DNA of 64,000 nucleotides from an uncultured Planctomycetaceae bacterium (GTDB lineage Bacteria; Planctomycetota; UBA1135; GCA-002686595), in the NCBI GenBank assembly GCA_964619265.1, contig CAZUCE010000017.1, positions 1-64,000 of the forward strand, written 5' to 3'. Every line of letters begins with the position of its first letter. The first letter of the stretch is position 1. The notes under the pieces were generated by a model. That model did no database searches. It saw only the letters and a list, made by a program, of their open reading frames with translations, and was not told the origin of the DNA. This document shows, piece by piece, positions 1 to 9,023 of this stretch. Made by a program: the position numbers and the translations under genes.

Positions 1-13
1 CCCCCCACCCGCC

Positions 14-358
14 ATGAGCCACGTGTTCGAAACGAACGACGGCGAGTCGAATCCGCTGCTCAAGCCCCTGAGGGTTCCGAGCTTGGCGGACGGATTGATT
101 CAGACCGCGAAAGAGCTGGTCGACGACCTGCCCGAATGGACGCTGCTCGAGGCCGATGACGCCAAGGGAGTGCTGCTTTGCGAGCGTTCGGCCCGGATGC
201 TGAGCGGCAAATCGAAGGTCACGATTCGCATCGAGTCGCCAGAGGGGGTTCCCTCCACGACGGTGAACCTGCGCTCGGAGTCATCGGGCGGATTGCGCAA
301 GGGCGATCGTGCAAACGTCGTCGAGTTCATGCGCCTGTTCATGCGGCGAGTGGTCTGA
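14..358 (+). CDS. hypothetical small cytoplasmic protein (114 aa)
   Basis: ATG at 14 and a clean 114-aa ORF with genome-typical codon bias. No recognisable catalytic motif. The stop is followed directly by a hairpin. Confidence 0.5.
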   Translation: MSHVFETNDGESNPLLKPLRVPSLADGLIQTAKELVDDLPEWTLLEADDAKGVLLCERSARMLSGKSKVTIRIESPEGVPSTTVNLRSESSGGLRKGDRANVVEFMRLFMRRVV

Positions 359-384
359 GACCCGTCGCTTCGGACTCGGGTCTC
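357..384 (+). terminator. hairpin overlapping the stop codon of gene 14..358 (GAGACCCG ... CGGGTCTC, loop containing CUUCGG)
   Basis: 8-bp perfect inverted repeat at 357-364 / 377-384, with a UUCG-type loop inside. There is no clear U-tract after it. Confidence 0.3.
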
Positions 385-706
385 CCTAGCCTTCGCGAGG
401 GAAACCGCTCCGCGGGGCGCAGGGCTAGGTCGCGAGAGACATCCGAGCCAGGCCCGCGAGCGGCCCGCTGAGCAGGACCCCCGGGCGGCGCTTTCGAACG
501 GGCAGGCAGACGTGTCTGTCTTCACGGGGCAAGCGGCTCGCCGGGACAGGAGTACGATCCAGAGGCGCTCCGCGGAGCGCGCGCGTGGGGCCTGGTGCTG
601 GGGCGGCCCATGGGAGTGGCTCTTGGTGGATCGGCCTCCGCGAGATGCGGCCAAGGTGTGGCCACGGGATCCCGCGGGCCGCTCGTGGAGCCAGGTGCCT
701 TTAGAA

Positions 707-741
707 TTCCGGAAATTTGGTCCGGAATCGTTTTCTTGGTG
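707..741 (+). promoter_or_regulatory. inverted repeat TTCCGGA-N7-TCCGGAA followed by a T-rich tract (terminator or operator-like) inside the 600-nt leader of the lipoprotein gene
   Basis: Perfect 7-bp IR at 707-727, then TCGTTTTCTT at 728-737. It lies in an intergenic stretch with lower GC. Confidence 0.3.
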
Positions 742-995
742 TCCCCTCTAACGGCCTTACCCGGGCGGGCCGACGCCAGATCCATGCTCTGCGGGGTGTC
801 TCGAGTTCTCGCCCATGAATGGGGGCGGGCTACCTTTTCGGCAACGTCCTTCGCCGAGACCCACCGGGTTCCAGGGGTTTTGCCTCGGGATAGGACACTT
901 CCTTACAGACTTGGTCACGCACTTCGTGATGACCTTCCGACCTTCGCGGCTCAGCCTCGGTGGTCTTTCGATTCCGCTCGCTCCACGACACCGTC

Positions 996-3713
996 ATGCG
1001 ATCCACTTCATTTGCCTTCAGTCTCGGGCTCGCGGCCGTGAGCCCTTTCGTTCTCCAGAGCTGTGATTCCAGCTCTGGTGCAGTGGCTCCCACCGAAGCG
1101 CCCTCGAACCTCGACTATGGTTCGACGTTCTTCGGCCTCACCAACTGCGTTGGGCTTGCTCCGATTGTGCCAACCCTAGATGGCAGCGCAGGGACGACGT
1201 TCACGGTGGTCCCTTCGCTTCCTGCAGGGCTGATCTTGAACCCAGCCACGGGCGCGATTTCTGGTCAACTCGATGCCGCCACCGGCTCAAACTTCGTCAC
1301 GGTGACCGCGACGAACTCGCTGGGTTCGACCGACGTTGGTTTGACGTTCGACGTTCAAAACCCCCCGCCGCCGTCTGCGATTTCCTTCCCGACCTCCGAG
1401 TCGGCTTTGTTCGTTGGCGGACCGGTTGCGCTCGGCGCTCCCACCGTGAACGGAGCCGATGGGGTGGTCTACAGCTTTGACGTGGCTCCGCCGCTTCCTC
1501 CCGGCTTGATGCTCAACCCCGCGACGGGGGCCATCACCGGCACGCCCAGCGCTCCGGTCGGTCCTGCGGCCTACACCATTCGCGCCATCGACTGCACCGG
1601 TCAGGCCGCCCAAGGCAACGTCGTTCTCGGCGTGGGTGGCGGTGCGCTGAACCCGGCTACGCCGAACGCTCTTGCGGTGGCCAATGCCGACGGCACGATT
1701 TCGCTGTTCAAGATCGACCCGACCACCGGCGTGATGCAGCCTCTTGGCTACGCACCGATCGGCGGCGTTCCGATCGACGTTTCGACCTCGGCGGATCAGA
1801 CCCAGCTGTTCGCTCTCCTTCAGACCGGGGAGCTCGTCTCGGTGCCGCTTGACGCCACCGGCGCAGGCCTCTTGCCGAGCGCCTTTGGACCGGGTGCGAT
1901 CCCCGGCCTCGGCAGCCCGGGCGAACTCGTCACGGGCCCAGGCGGCACGGCGCTCTACGTCTCTGATCCGGGTTCCGGTCAACTGCACGCGCTGAATGTC
2001 GACGGGCTCGGGCGTCCGAGTCAACTCCCCGGGTCGCCGCTTGCGCTGCCCGGCGGAGGCTTCCCGAGCGAGATCGACGTGGCCGAGAACGGCCAGTTCC
2101 TGTTCGCTCTCGAGCAGGGCTCGGAGACTTTGGTTGCGACTCAGCTCGGAGCCGACGGCGCGTTCGGCGCCAGCACCCAGCTGTCGACCGGCCCTTCGCC
2201 CCAAGACGTCACGACGGTCAACCTCGCGAACGGAAACACCATCGTGTACGTCTCCAACGCCGGCGACTCGACGATTTCGGTGTTCGCAGCCACCAGCGGC
2301 CCGAGCCTGACCTTGCTTCAAACCCAATTGGTTCCGGCGGGCTCGTTCCCCGAGGAAATCGAAGTGGTTCGGGTAGGAGACCGGCTGTTCTTGTTCGTCT
2401 CCAAGTCGGCGACCAGCCTGATCACCTCGCTGGAGATCAACGCGGGAACCGGCGAGCTGTCCTTCGCCGAGAACGTCTTCGGTCAAGCGGGAGTTGTTGA
2501 CTTCAGCTTCGCCAACGATGGATCGGGCGGTTTCCTCGGTCTCGGCGCTGACAACGCGGTGAGCCCGATCGACATCGATCCGATCAACGGCGTGCTCTCG
2601 CCGGTGCTCGATGCCGGACGCCCGCAAAGCTGCCTGCGAACCCACGGAACGCCCGTGGCGACCACGCTCATTCACTCGAGCGCTGCCCGCCTGCTCCAGA
2701 CACGCAACGTGTTCACCGCGAACAGCGGCTCCGGCGACGTCAGTGAATTTGCCTTCAACGGAGGCCTTGGCTTCCTGGGCACTACTTCGATCGGCGAGGG
2801 TAGCTCACCCTTCGATCTCGCCACCTCGAACGACGGCCGCACGCTGTACGTCGTCGACGAAGCGGGCTTCTCGACCGACGACCTGTTCCAGTTCCTTGTC
2901 GATGATTCAGGTCTCGGTGAGGTGAGCAGCATCGACCTCGGCGGCATCTTCGGCGGTTCGCTCGCCGGGGCTCAGTCCCTCGCGGTCGATCCTTCCTCGC
3001 GCTTCTCCTTCGTCTCCCGCGACGGCGCCCCGGGCGCTCTTCACGGCTTCCGGGCCAATGGCTTCGGCGGATTCGAAGCTTCCTTTGTCGACGGTGCGGC
3101 CAACGGACCCCGCGGCACGCTGGCTGAGCCGGCTGGACGTTTCGTATACGTCGCCAACCGGTTCGGCAACCTGGTCTCCCAACACCGGATCGATGCGGTG
3201 AGCGGGGCCCTCTCCCTGGTGTCGACCTCGTCGACCGGCTCTGGCCCCGTGGCCTTGGCCAGCGACGTGGGTGGCTGCCTGCTCTACGTGCTGCTGGCCG
3301 ACACGGGTCAGGTCGAAACGCTTGCCACGAACCCGACCAGCGGGGTGCTCTCGCTGGTTGCTCGCACCGACGGAGCCGGCAACGAGCCGGTCGCCCTGGC
3401 CGTGCATCGCAGCGGTGCCTTCCTGGTCTCCGCCGACGCGTCGAGCGGTGAGCTGAGGCGATTCGCCCTCTCGGACGGTACGGACGGCTCCTTCCCCGGT
3501 GCGGCTGTGCTCCTCGGCGGGACCGCGACGGGCGGAATCCCCTCGGACGTGGAGTTCTCCGCGGACGGCGGGTCTCTGTTCGTCACCCTTCGCGACCTCA
3601 ATGTGGTCCGCCAATACCTGGTGGATGCGGCCGCCGGCACCCTGATCCCGGTTGGGGACGCCCCGGCTGGAAACAGCCCCCGGGCCGTGTCGGTGCGGAA
3701 CATCGTTCAGTAG
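996..3713 (+). CDS. large secreted lipoprotein: three Ig-like (He_PIG-type) domains followed by two lactonase-type 7-bladed beta-propeller regions
   Basis: ATG at 996 gives MRSTSFAFSLGLAAVSPFVLQSC, a signal peptide plus lipobox. The ORF-track start at 960 is GTG, 12 codons upstream. Repeats of LPAGL.LNPATGAI.G (putative Ig domain). Repeated YVSNAGDSTISVF, LYVVDE, VYVANRFGNLVSQHRID motifs typical of 3-carboxymuconate cyclase/lactonase propellers. Confidence 0.8.
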   Translation: MRSTSFAFSLGLAAVSPFVLQSCDSSSGAVAPTEAPSNLDYGSTFFGLTNCVGLAPIVPTLDGSAGTTFTVVPSLPAGLILNPATGAISGQLDAATGSNFVTVTATNSLGSTDVGLTFDVQNPPPPSAISFPTSESALFVGGPVALGAPTVNGADGVVYSFDVAPPLPPGLMLNPATGAITGTPSAPVGPAAYTIRAIDCTGQAAQGNVVLGVGGGALNPATPNALAVANADGTISLFKIDPTTGVMQPLGYAPIGGVPIDVSTSADQTQLFALLQTGELVSVPLDATGAGLLPSAFGPGAIPGLGSPGELVTGPGGTALYVSDPGSGQLHALNVDGLGRPSQLPGSPLALPGGGFPSEIDVAENGQFLFALEQGSETLVATQLGADGAFGASTQLSTGPSPQDVTTVNLANGNTIVYVSNAGDSTISVFAATSGPSLTLLQTQLVPAGSFPEEIEVVRVGDRLFLFVSKSATSLITSLEINAGTGELSFAENVFGQAGVVDFSFANDGSGGFLGLGADNAVSPIDIDPINGVLSPVLDAGRPQSCLRTHGTPVATTLIHSSAARLLQTRNVFTANSGSGDVSEFAFNGGLGFLGTTSIGEGSSPFDLATSNDGRTLYVVDEAGFSTDDLFQFLVDDSGLGEVSSIDLGGIFGGSLAGAQSLAVDPSSRFSFVSRDGAPGALHGFRANGFGGFEASFVDGAANGPRGTLAEPAGRFVYVANRFGNLVSQHRIDAVSGALSLVSTSSTGSGPVALASDVGGCLLYVLLADTGQVETLATNPTSGVLSLVARTDGAGNEPVALAVHRSGAFLVSADASSGELRRFALSDGTDGSFPGAAVLLGGTATGGIPSDVEFSADGGSLFVTLRDLNVVRQYLVDAAAGTLIPVGDAPAGNSPRAVSVRNIVQ

Positions 3714-3771
3714 CTCGATTCGAACGGGGGCCCTCTTGCGGGGCCTCTTCCGAGGGCAGAAGCCCTAAAGG

Positions 3772-3821
3772 GGAGCCCGAAAGCGGTTTAAGAGCCGCTT
3801 TCGGGCTCCTGCGCGTTTCAG
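3772..3821 (+). terminator. intrinsic terminator (15-bp perfect stem GGAGCCCGAAAGCGG / CCGCTTTCGGGCTCC, 8-nt loop, then TGCGCGTTTC)
   Basis: Seen directly, 59 nt after the stop of the lipoprotein gene. Confidence 0.6.
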
Positions 3822-3844
3822 AAGGGGGGTCGACCCGGGGAGCT

Positions 3845-4840
3845 ATGGATTATGTTCTGAAGGCGCGAAACCTGGCCGCTTCCGGCCTGTTGCACTCCGC
3901 TAGGCAGGGGCCGATCGGCCCGTTAGCGCCACCTTTCTCGCTTCGACCCGCTCACCGGGTCACGTTCACCGGGTCCTCTACGCACGGGGCCCCTCGAATC
4001 GAGCTTCCTCAGCCCAGCGACCGTTGCATCACGGCGGCGCACAAACTCTCGAGCCCTCCCATGAGTCAGTCCCTTCTTCCCGGCGCTCTTGCTGGCGCCG
4101 TTGCCGGCGGCCTTTGCTTCGGCATGCTCAGCCTGACCTCCGCCAGCCCCACCGTGGCGTCCGGGCCCAGCAACTCGGCCGTGGCCCCCGGCCCGGCTGC
4201 GGCAGAATCTGGGGTAGACGATCAGTTGGCCGCCCTGAAGGCCGAGAATCAGATGCTCTCCGGCCGACTCGGCGAGCTTGAGGCCCGCATGGCCTCCGGG
4301 GGCGGATTGGTCGCCGGGCGCCAGGTCCTAGGGGACGAAGTGGCTGCCCTTGCTCCGGAAGAGGTCGCTGTGCTCAAGCAGCTCGCTGGCTCGATGCCTG
4401 ACTCAAACGGACCGGTCCCCGCGGGGCTCTACGGCTCCGTCGCCCAGGTGGTCAGCGATCTCGAGGACCAGGAGCGCGAGGAGCGCGACGCCCGCCGCCG
4501 AGAGGCCGAGCTGGAGCGGTTCGACGAGCGGATGACCGAGATGCGAGCCGAGCTCGGTCTGGACGACGGCCAGGCGGATGCCATGCGAGGTCACTACATG
4601 CAGCGCATGGACTCGCGTGAGCAGATCTTCAACGAAGCCCGGGAGTCCGGTGACTTCTTCAGCATCCGCGATCAGGTGCGCGAGTCCCAGGATCTCTACG
4701 AGGCCGCTTTGGAGGGCGTCATGTCCCCGGCTCAGTATTCCTCCTACCAGGAGCAGTACAACAACAACGACCGCGGCTTCGGTGGCGGTGGTGGATTCGG
4801 CGGAGGAGGAGGACGCGGCGGCGGCCGAGGAGGCCGCTGA
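3845..4840 (+). CDS. membrane-anchored coiled-coil protein with a Gly/Arg-rich (GGGGGFGGGGGRGGGRGGR) C-terminal tail
   Basis: ATG at 3845 is preceded by GGGGAG. An alternative ATG at 4061 (MSQSLLPGALAGAVAGGLCFGMLSL) sits just before the single TM. The protein has a coiled-coil middle, an acidic ERE-rich region and a terminal RGG/GGF tail. Confidence 0.6.
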   Translation: MDYVLKARNLAASGLLHSARQGPIGPLAPPFSLRPAHRVTFTGSSTHGAPRIELPQPSDRCITAAHKLSSPPMSQSLLPGALAGAVAGGLCFGMLSLTSASPTVASGPSNSAVAPGPAAAESGVDDQLAALKAENQMLSGRLGELEARMASGGGLVAGRQVLGDEVAALAPEEVAVLKQLAGSMPDSNGPVPAGLYGSVAQVVSDLEDQEREERDARRREAELERFDERMTEMRAELGLDDGQADAMRGHYMQRMDSREQIFNEARESGDFFSIRDQVRESQDLYEAALEGVMSPAQYSSYQEQYNNNDRGFGGGGGFGGGGGRGGGRGGR

Positions 4841-5924
4841 GGTCAGGCTGTCTCGGGGAGGCAGGCCAGGGAGAGCTCAAGCTTCCCTGGCCAGGCGCTT
4901 GATGGGGGGCCGGGTTCTTACATCGATGATTCGGAATGTGGGTTGCGCCTTTACGGAGAGGGCGCATTTTGTATGCATTTAGTTGCGCTGAAGCTCGCAT
5001 GTTTATGCGTCCGGAGAGCTTGCCGAACTTGTGTCCGGCGCTCTCTCGTTGATCGCTTAGCCCATCGGAATCACGTGGGTTAGGAATCCCTTTCCTGATG
5101 CTGGACCCCGGGTCGCCCTTCAATCTGCGCATGACGATGCGCCTTCAGAAATTTGGGACTTTAAGGGACTTATTTGGAGCCCGGATCGTTCTCTTTGCGT
5201 GCCCCCGCGCTTGGAGAAGTGGGTGGGGCGACCGGACGGCTCCGTGGAACGTGAGTTCCACCTTCACCGCCCGGCCGACCCCGCGGCGATTTGGTCCCTG
5301 CCACTGACCAAACCACCGGTTTCTCTTCAGGAGAGCGTTTCTACTTCGCTAGAAGGTTGCTGATTGAACCGCGGCAACCTCACCCGGGCGTGGGGGCCTC
5401 CACTCTGGTCGCGTCTTCCGAATGTGATTCGTTGAACGCGGCCGATCGAACACGATCTCCCAAGGAATGGGAGAGGCGTTGATGGTAGGAGCTCAATGGA
5501 CATCATAGTCGGGTAGGTCCATTGTCGGTATCCGAACCCCCGATTGCCCGGGTTCGATTGTTCGAGTTGTGTAAGCTGTCGAGGCTTAAAGAAAGTGGCG
5601 CTGTACGCGATGTTGTTTTGGGAAACAACGAAGCGATGCTGGGCAGGGAATCTTCCCAGAATTCTGATTCTTCTCGGGGCTCACTAGGTTCAGGAGGAAG
5701 ATCAGGGATCGTTGGGGGGTGATTTTCTAGGAAGCCCCCCCGAATGGCTACCGGGAGTGGGAAGCAGCCCCGCGGCGGGGTCGTGGCGCAGGGCCACGGG
5801 CCGCCGGGAAGCCAGGTCTTGCTTGCGGGACAGGGCGCCTCGCTCGAAGGGAATTCGTTCCCTCGCGTAGGACAGATAAGCTGCGCCGGCCCCCTTCCCC
5901 GCCCCTTTGCGCTTCCGCACAACC

Positions 5925-6533
5925 ATGCCTGATCCCGCTGCCCTGTTCGAAGACTGGAGCCTGACCACGATCTACATCGGATGCGCGGCGTTTGGTGGCG
6001 TCGTGGTCTTGTTTCAGCTGGTCCTGGGGGCGCTTGGTCTTGGCGGGGACGAGCTCGACGCCGTGGACGCCTTGGATGCCGCTGACTCGTTGGACTCGCT
6101 GGAGGGTCACGACTCCGGTATGCACTTGTTCTCGCTGCGAGCCGTGGCCGGGTTCTTTGTGATGTTCGGCCTGATTGGTTGGGGAGGGACGAATGCCGGC
6201 TGGCCCTCGGGCGTAACGTTGTCCATCGCCTTCCTCGCGGGCTTTTCGACGCTGCTCCTGATCGCCTGGCTCCTCTCCCTCCAGGGCAAGTTGGATGCAA
6301 GCGGCAACCTGAAGCCCTCCGAGGCGGTCGGTGCCGCGGCCCGCGTCTACCTGCGAATCCCGGAGAAGGAGTCCGGCCACGGCAAGATCACTGTCGAGCT
6401 GGGCGGTCGCACCGCCGAGTTCGAGGCCTTTACTCGAGGCGCCGAAATCCCGACCGGCCACCAGGTTCGCATCCTTGCCATGCCGACCCCCGAGGTGTTC
6501 GAGGTCCAACCGCTTTCCTCCACAGACCGCTGA
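5925..6533 (+). CDS. NfeD-family membrane protein (YuaF/YqiJ-like, partner of flotillin)
   Basis: ATG at 5925 (the ORF-track start at 5907 is TTG). N-terminal TM helices and a C-terminal OB-fold beta domain (GKITVELGGRTAEFEAF..GHQVRILAM). The stop overlaps the next start as TGATG. Confidence 0.8.
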   Translation: MPDPAALFEDWSLTTIYIGCAAFGGVVVLFQLVLGALGLGGDELDAVDALDAADSLDSLEGHDSGMHLFSLRAVAGFFVMFGLIGWGGTNAGWPSGVTLSIAFLAGFSTLLLIAWLLSLQGKLDASGNLKPSEAVGAAARVYLRIPEKESGHGKITVELGGRTAEFEAFTRGAEIPTGHQVRILAMPTPEVFEVQPLSSTDR

Positions 6534-8206
6534 TGCTCTCCATGCTGCCCACACTCTTGCTCGCCCAAGGCGAACTGATCTCGTCCCAGGCGCTCTTCGC
6601 CGCGGCGGGGCTCGCACTGTTCCTCATTCTGGCGTCGCTGTTCTTCGCAATCGCGCGGCGCTACAAGCGCTGCCCCAGCAACAAGGTGCTGGTGATCTAC
6701 GGACGGACCAGCAAGGGCAAGTCGTCGAAGACTCTGCACGGCGGTGGTGCCTTCGTGTGGCCTCTGGTTCAGGACTACCAGTACCTGAGCCTCGACCCGA
6801 TCCAGATCGAGATTCCGCTCGAGAGCGCCCTGTCCTCCGAGAACATCCGAATCTCGGTGCCGAGTGTGTTCACGGTCGCCATCGGAACCTCCGACGGGAT
6901 CATGAACAACGCGGCGATGCGCCTGCTCGGGCTCTCTACCTCGGAGATCATGAAGCAAGCCGAGGACATCATCTTCGGTCAGCTCCGTCAGGTGATTGCG
7001 TCGATGGGCATCCAAGACATCAATCGCGACCGGGACCAGTTTCTGTCCAGTGTGCAGACGGGGCTCGAGCCCGAGCTCGCCAAGATCGGCCTGGTGTTGA
7101 TCAACGTGAACATCAAGGACATCACCGATGAGTCCGGCTACATCGAGGCCATCGGCCGCAAGGCGGCCGCCGAAGCGATCAACCAGGCCCAGATCGATGT
7201 CGCAGACCAAGAGCGCCGCGGCGCGATCGGTGTCGCCGAAGCCGAGCGGGTGCGAGCCGTCGAAGTCGCCAACGCGGAGAAAGTCCAGATGATCGGCACC
7301 AAGGAAGCCGAGCAGGAGCAATTCATCCGCGTGGCCGAACTGGAGCGAGATCAGACGGTCGGTGAGCAGAACGCTCAGTTTGAGCGGGAAGCTCAGGTCA
7401 AGCTGGCCGAGCGCGAAAAGCGGATCAAGATCGCGTCCTACAACGCTGCCGCCGTCGAGGGTGAGAACACGGCTAAGGCCCGCGTGGCGGAAACCAACGC
7501 CGAGCTGCAAGTCAAAGAAGCCGAGGCGTACCAGCTGGCCGAGACTCGCCGCCGGGAGGCTGAGGCCAACGTTCGCGAGGCCCAATACCTGGCCGAGGCG
7601 CGAGCCGCCGAAGCCGAAGCGAAAAAGCGCGAGGCCGAAAAGCGGGCCGAGCTCGAGTCGGTCGCGTTGGCTGAGAAGGCGCAGACCATCGTCGACGCCG
7701 AAGCGCGCGCGCAGAAGGTCCGCATCGCTGCCGAGGCGGATGCGGCGGCGGTCTATGCCAAGCTGGAAGCCGAGGCCCGCGGTCAGTTCGAGATCTTGGC
7801 CAAGAAGGGTCAGGGTCTCCAGGAAATCGTCAACAGTTGTGGCGGAGCCCAAGCTGCGTTCCAAATGCTCATGCTCGAGCACCTCGACGAGCTCTCCGCG
7901 AACGCAGCGCAGGCGATCAGCAACATCAAGTTCGACAAGGTCGTTGTCTGGGACGGTGGCTCGGAAAACGGGAAGAGCGCGACGTCGAACTTCCTGCAGA
8001 ACCTGGGCGGCTCGATTCCCCCGATGCTCCAAATGATGCGCGACATCGGCGGCGTCGACATGCCGGAGTTCTTCGGGAAGCTGATCGACGAGAAGGGCCG
8101 GCAAGAGCTGGCCGGCGACGGGGAAGAGGGTGCTGGGAGCGACGAAAGCGAGCCGGCCGGCCCCGCGGCGGGCGACCCCCCGTCAAACGGAGCGCCGAAC
8201 GCGTGA
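6533..8206 (+). CDS. flotillin-like SPFH/band-7 protein (FloT/YqiK family)
   Basis: ATG at 6533 gives MLSMLPTLLL plus a TM. SPFH domain followed by a long EA-rich coiled-coil (AEAERVRAVEVANAEK...). The real gene starts 118 codons into the ORF-track frame; the upstream part is a GC-frame artefact overlapping nfeD. Confidence 0.85.
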   Translation: MLSMLPTLLLAQGELISSQALFAAAGLALFLILASLFFAIARRYKRCPSNKVLVIYGRTSKGKSSKTLHGGGAFVWPLVQDYQYLSLDPIQIEIPLESALSSENIRISVPSVFTVAIGTSDGIMNNAAMRLLGLSTSEIMKQAEDIIFGQLRQVIASMGIQDINRDRDQFLSSVQTGLEPELAKIGLVLINVNIKDITDESGYIEAIGRKAAAEAINQAQIDVADQERRGAIGVAEAERVRAVEVANAEKVQMIGTKEAEQEQFIRVAELERDQTVGEQNAQFEREAQVKLAEREKRIKIASYNAAAVEGENTAKARVAETNAELQVKEAEAYQLAETRRREAEANVREAQYLAEARAAEAEAKKREAEKRAELESVALAEKAQTIVDAEARAQKVRIAAEADAAAVYAKLEAEARGQFEILAKKGQGLQEIVNSCGGAQAAFQMLMLEHLDELSANAAQAISNIKFDKVVVWDGGSENGKSATSNFLQNLGGSIPPMLQMMRDIGGVDMPEFFGKLIDEKGRQELAGDGEEGAGSDESEPAGPAAGDPPSNGAPNA

Positions 8207-9009
8207 GGTGGCTTGCGTCCCTGTGGCTCGCCGGGCTGGTCGCCTGCGCGAGCCCCGGCGAATCCGAGATCCGGTTTGCAAGTCCGGCGCTCGACGCTGC
8301 GCCGCACTGGGACTTTTCGAATCCCGCTGAATCGAAGCAGCGTTTTCTCGCCCTGGCACAGGGCGGCCAGGGAGATCTCAAGCTCGAGGCCTGGACCCAA
8401 GCGGCCCGGGCCGACGGGTTGCTCGGCCAATTCGACGCGGCCCGCAAGCGGCTCGCGGCCGTCGAGGCCCGGCTCGCCGGAGCCGGCGCCTCCGTCCAGG
8501 TGCGGCACGCGCTGGAGCTGGGCCGGGTTGAGAATTCGAGCGGCGCTCCCGAAGTCTCGGTCCCGCACTTCGTGCGCGCGCTGAATCTCGCCCAGGACGC
8601 GGGGTTCGGCGGACTCGCGGTGGACGCCGCGCACATGCTGGGCATCGCCGAACCGGGCGAAGCAGGCCTACGTTGGACCGAGCGCGCGATGGTGCTCGCC
8701 GAAACTTCGCAGGATCCGAGCGCGCGCCGCTGGCGCCCCGTGCTGTTCAACAACCTGGGCTGGGCCGAATTTGATGCGGGCCGGCCCGAGCGGGCCCTGG
8801 CGCACTTCGAGCGTGCGTTGCTCCTGCGGGAAGAGGTGGGCGAACAGGAGTCGATCTGGGTGGCGCGTTGGTGCGTCGCGCGTTGCTTGCGCGAGCTAGG
8901 CCGTCGCGGAGAGGCGCTCGCGGTTCAGCGGGCTCTGCGCGCCGATCGCGAAGCCGCGGGCCGTCCCTCGACCCACGTGGACGAGGAGATTCGGCTGCTC
9001 GAACGCTGA
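8203..9009 (+). CDS. TPR-like lipoprotein
   Basis: GTG at 8203 overlaps the flotillin stop (GTGA). VRWLASLWLAGLVACASP is a signal peptide plus lipobox. Helical-repeat composition (ALAHFERALLLREEVGE..). Confidence 0.6.
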   Translation: MRWLASLWLAGLVACASPGESEIRFASPALDAAPHWDFSNPAESKQRFLALAQGGQGDLKLEAWTQAARADGLLGQFDAARKRLAAVEARLAGAGASVQVRHALELGRVENSSGAPEVSVPHFVRALNLAQDAGFGGLAVDAAHMLGIAEPGEAGLRWTERAMVLAETSQDPSARRWRPVLFNNLGWAEFDAGRPERALAHFERALLLREEVGEQESIWVARWCVARCLRELGRRGEALAVQRALRADREAAGRPSTHVDEEIRLLER

Positions 9010-9023
9010 GGGGTCCCGAGGGG

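Noticed and set aside
1287-2675. 462-aa minus-strand ORF overlapping the lipoprotein gene; similar long antisense ORFs occur at 6347..8104, 10686..11792, 22123..23418, 39961..41481, 45716..46879 and 12024..12836
   Set aside because: Arg/Pro/Gly-rich translations typical of antisense or shifted frames in high-GC DNA. Each lies opposite a well-supported gene with clear homology.
5548-5562. GGGTTCGATTG resembling a tRNA/tmRNA T-loop
   Set aside because: No acceptor stem or CCA end. It does not fit the GGTTCGA(A/T)TCC consensus with paired arms.
4841-5924. Possible RNase P, tmRNA, SRP or 6S RNA in the large noncoding regions (also 39063..39768)
   Set aside because: The diagnostic conserved strings (AAAGTCCGGGC, CCGGCTTA, CCGGAAGGAAGC, tRNA-like CCA end) are not present. 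This is left as an open finding, not an RNA call.
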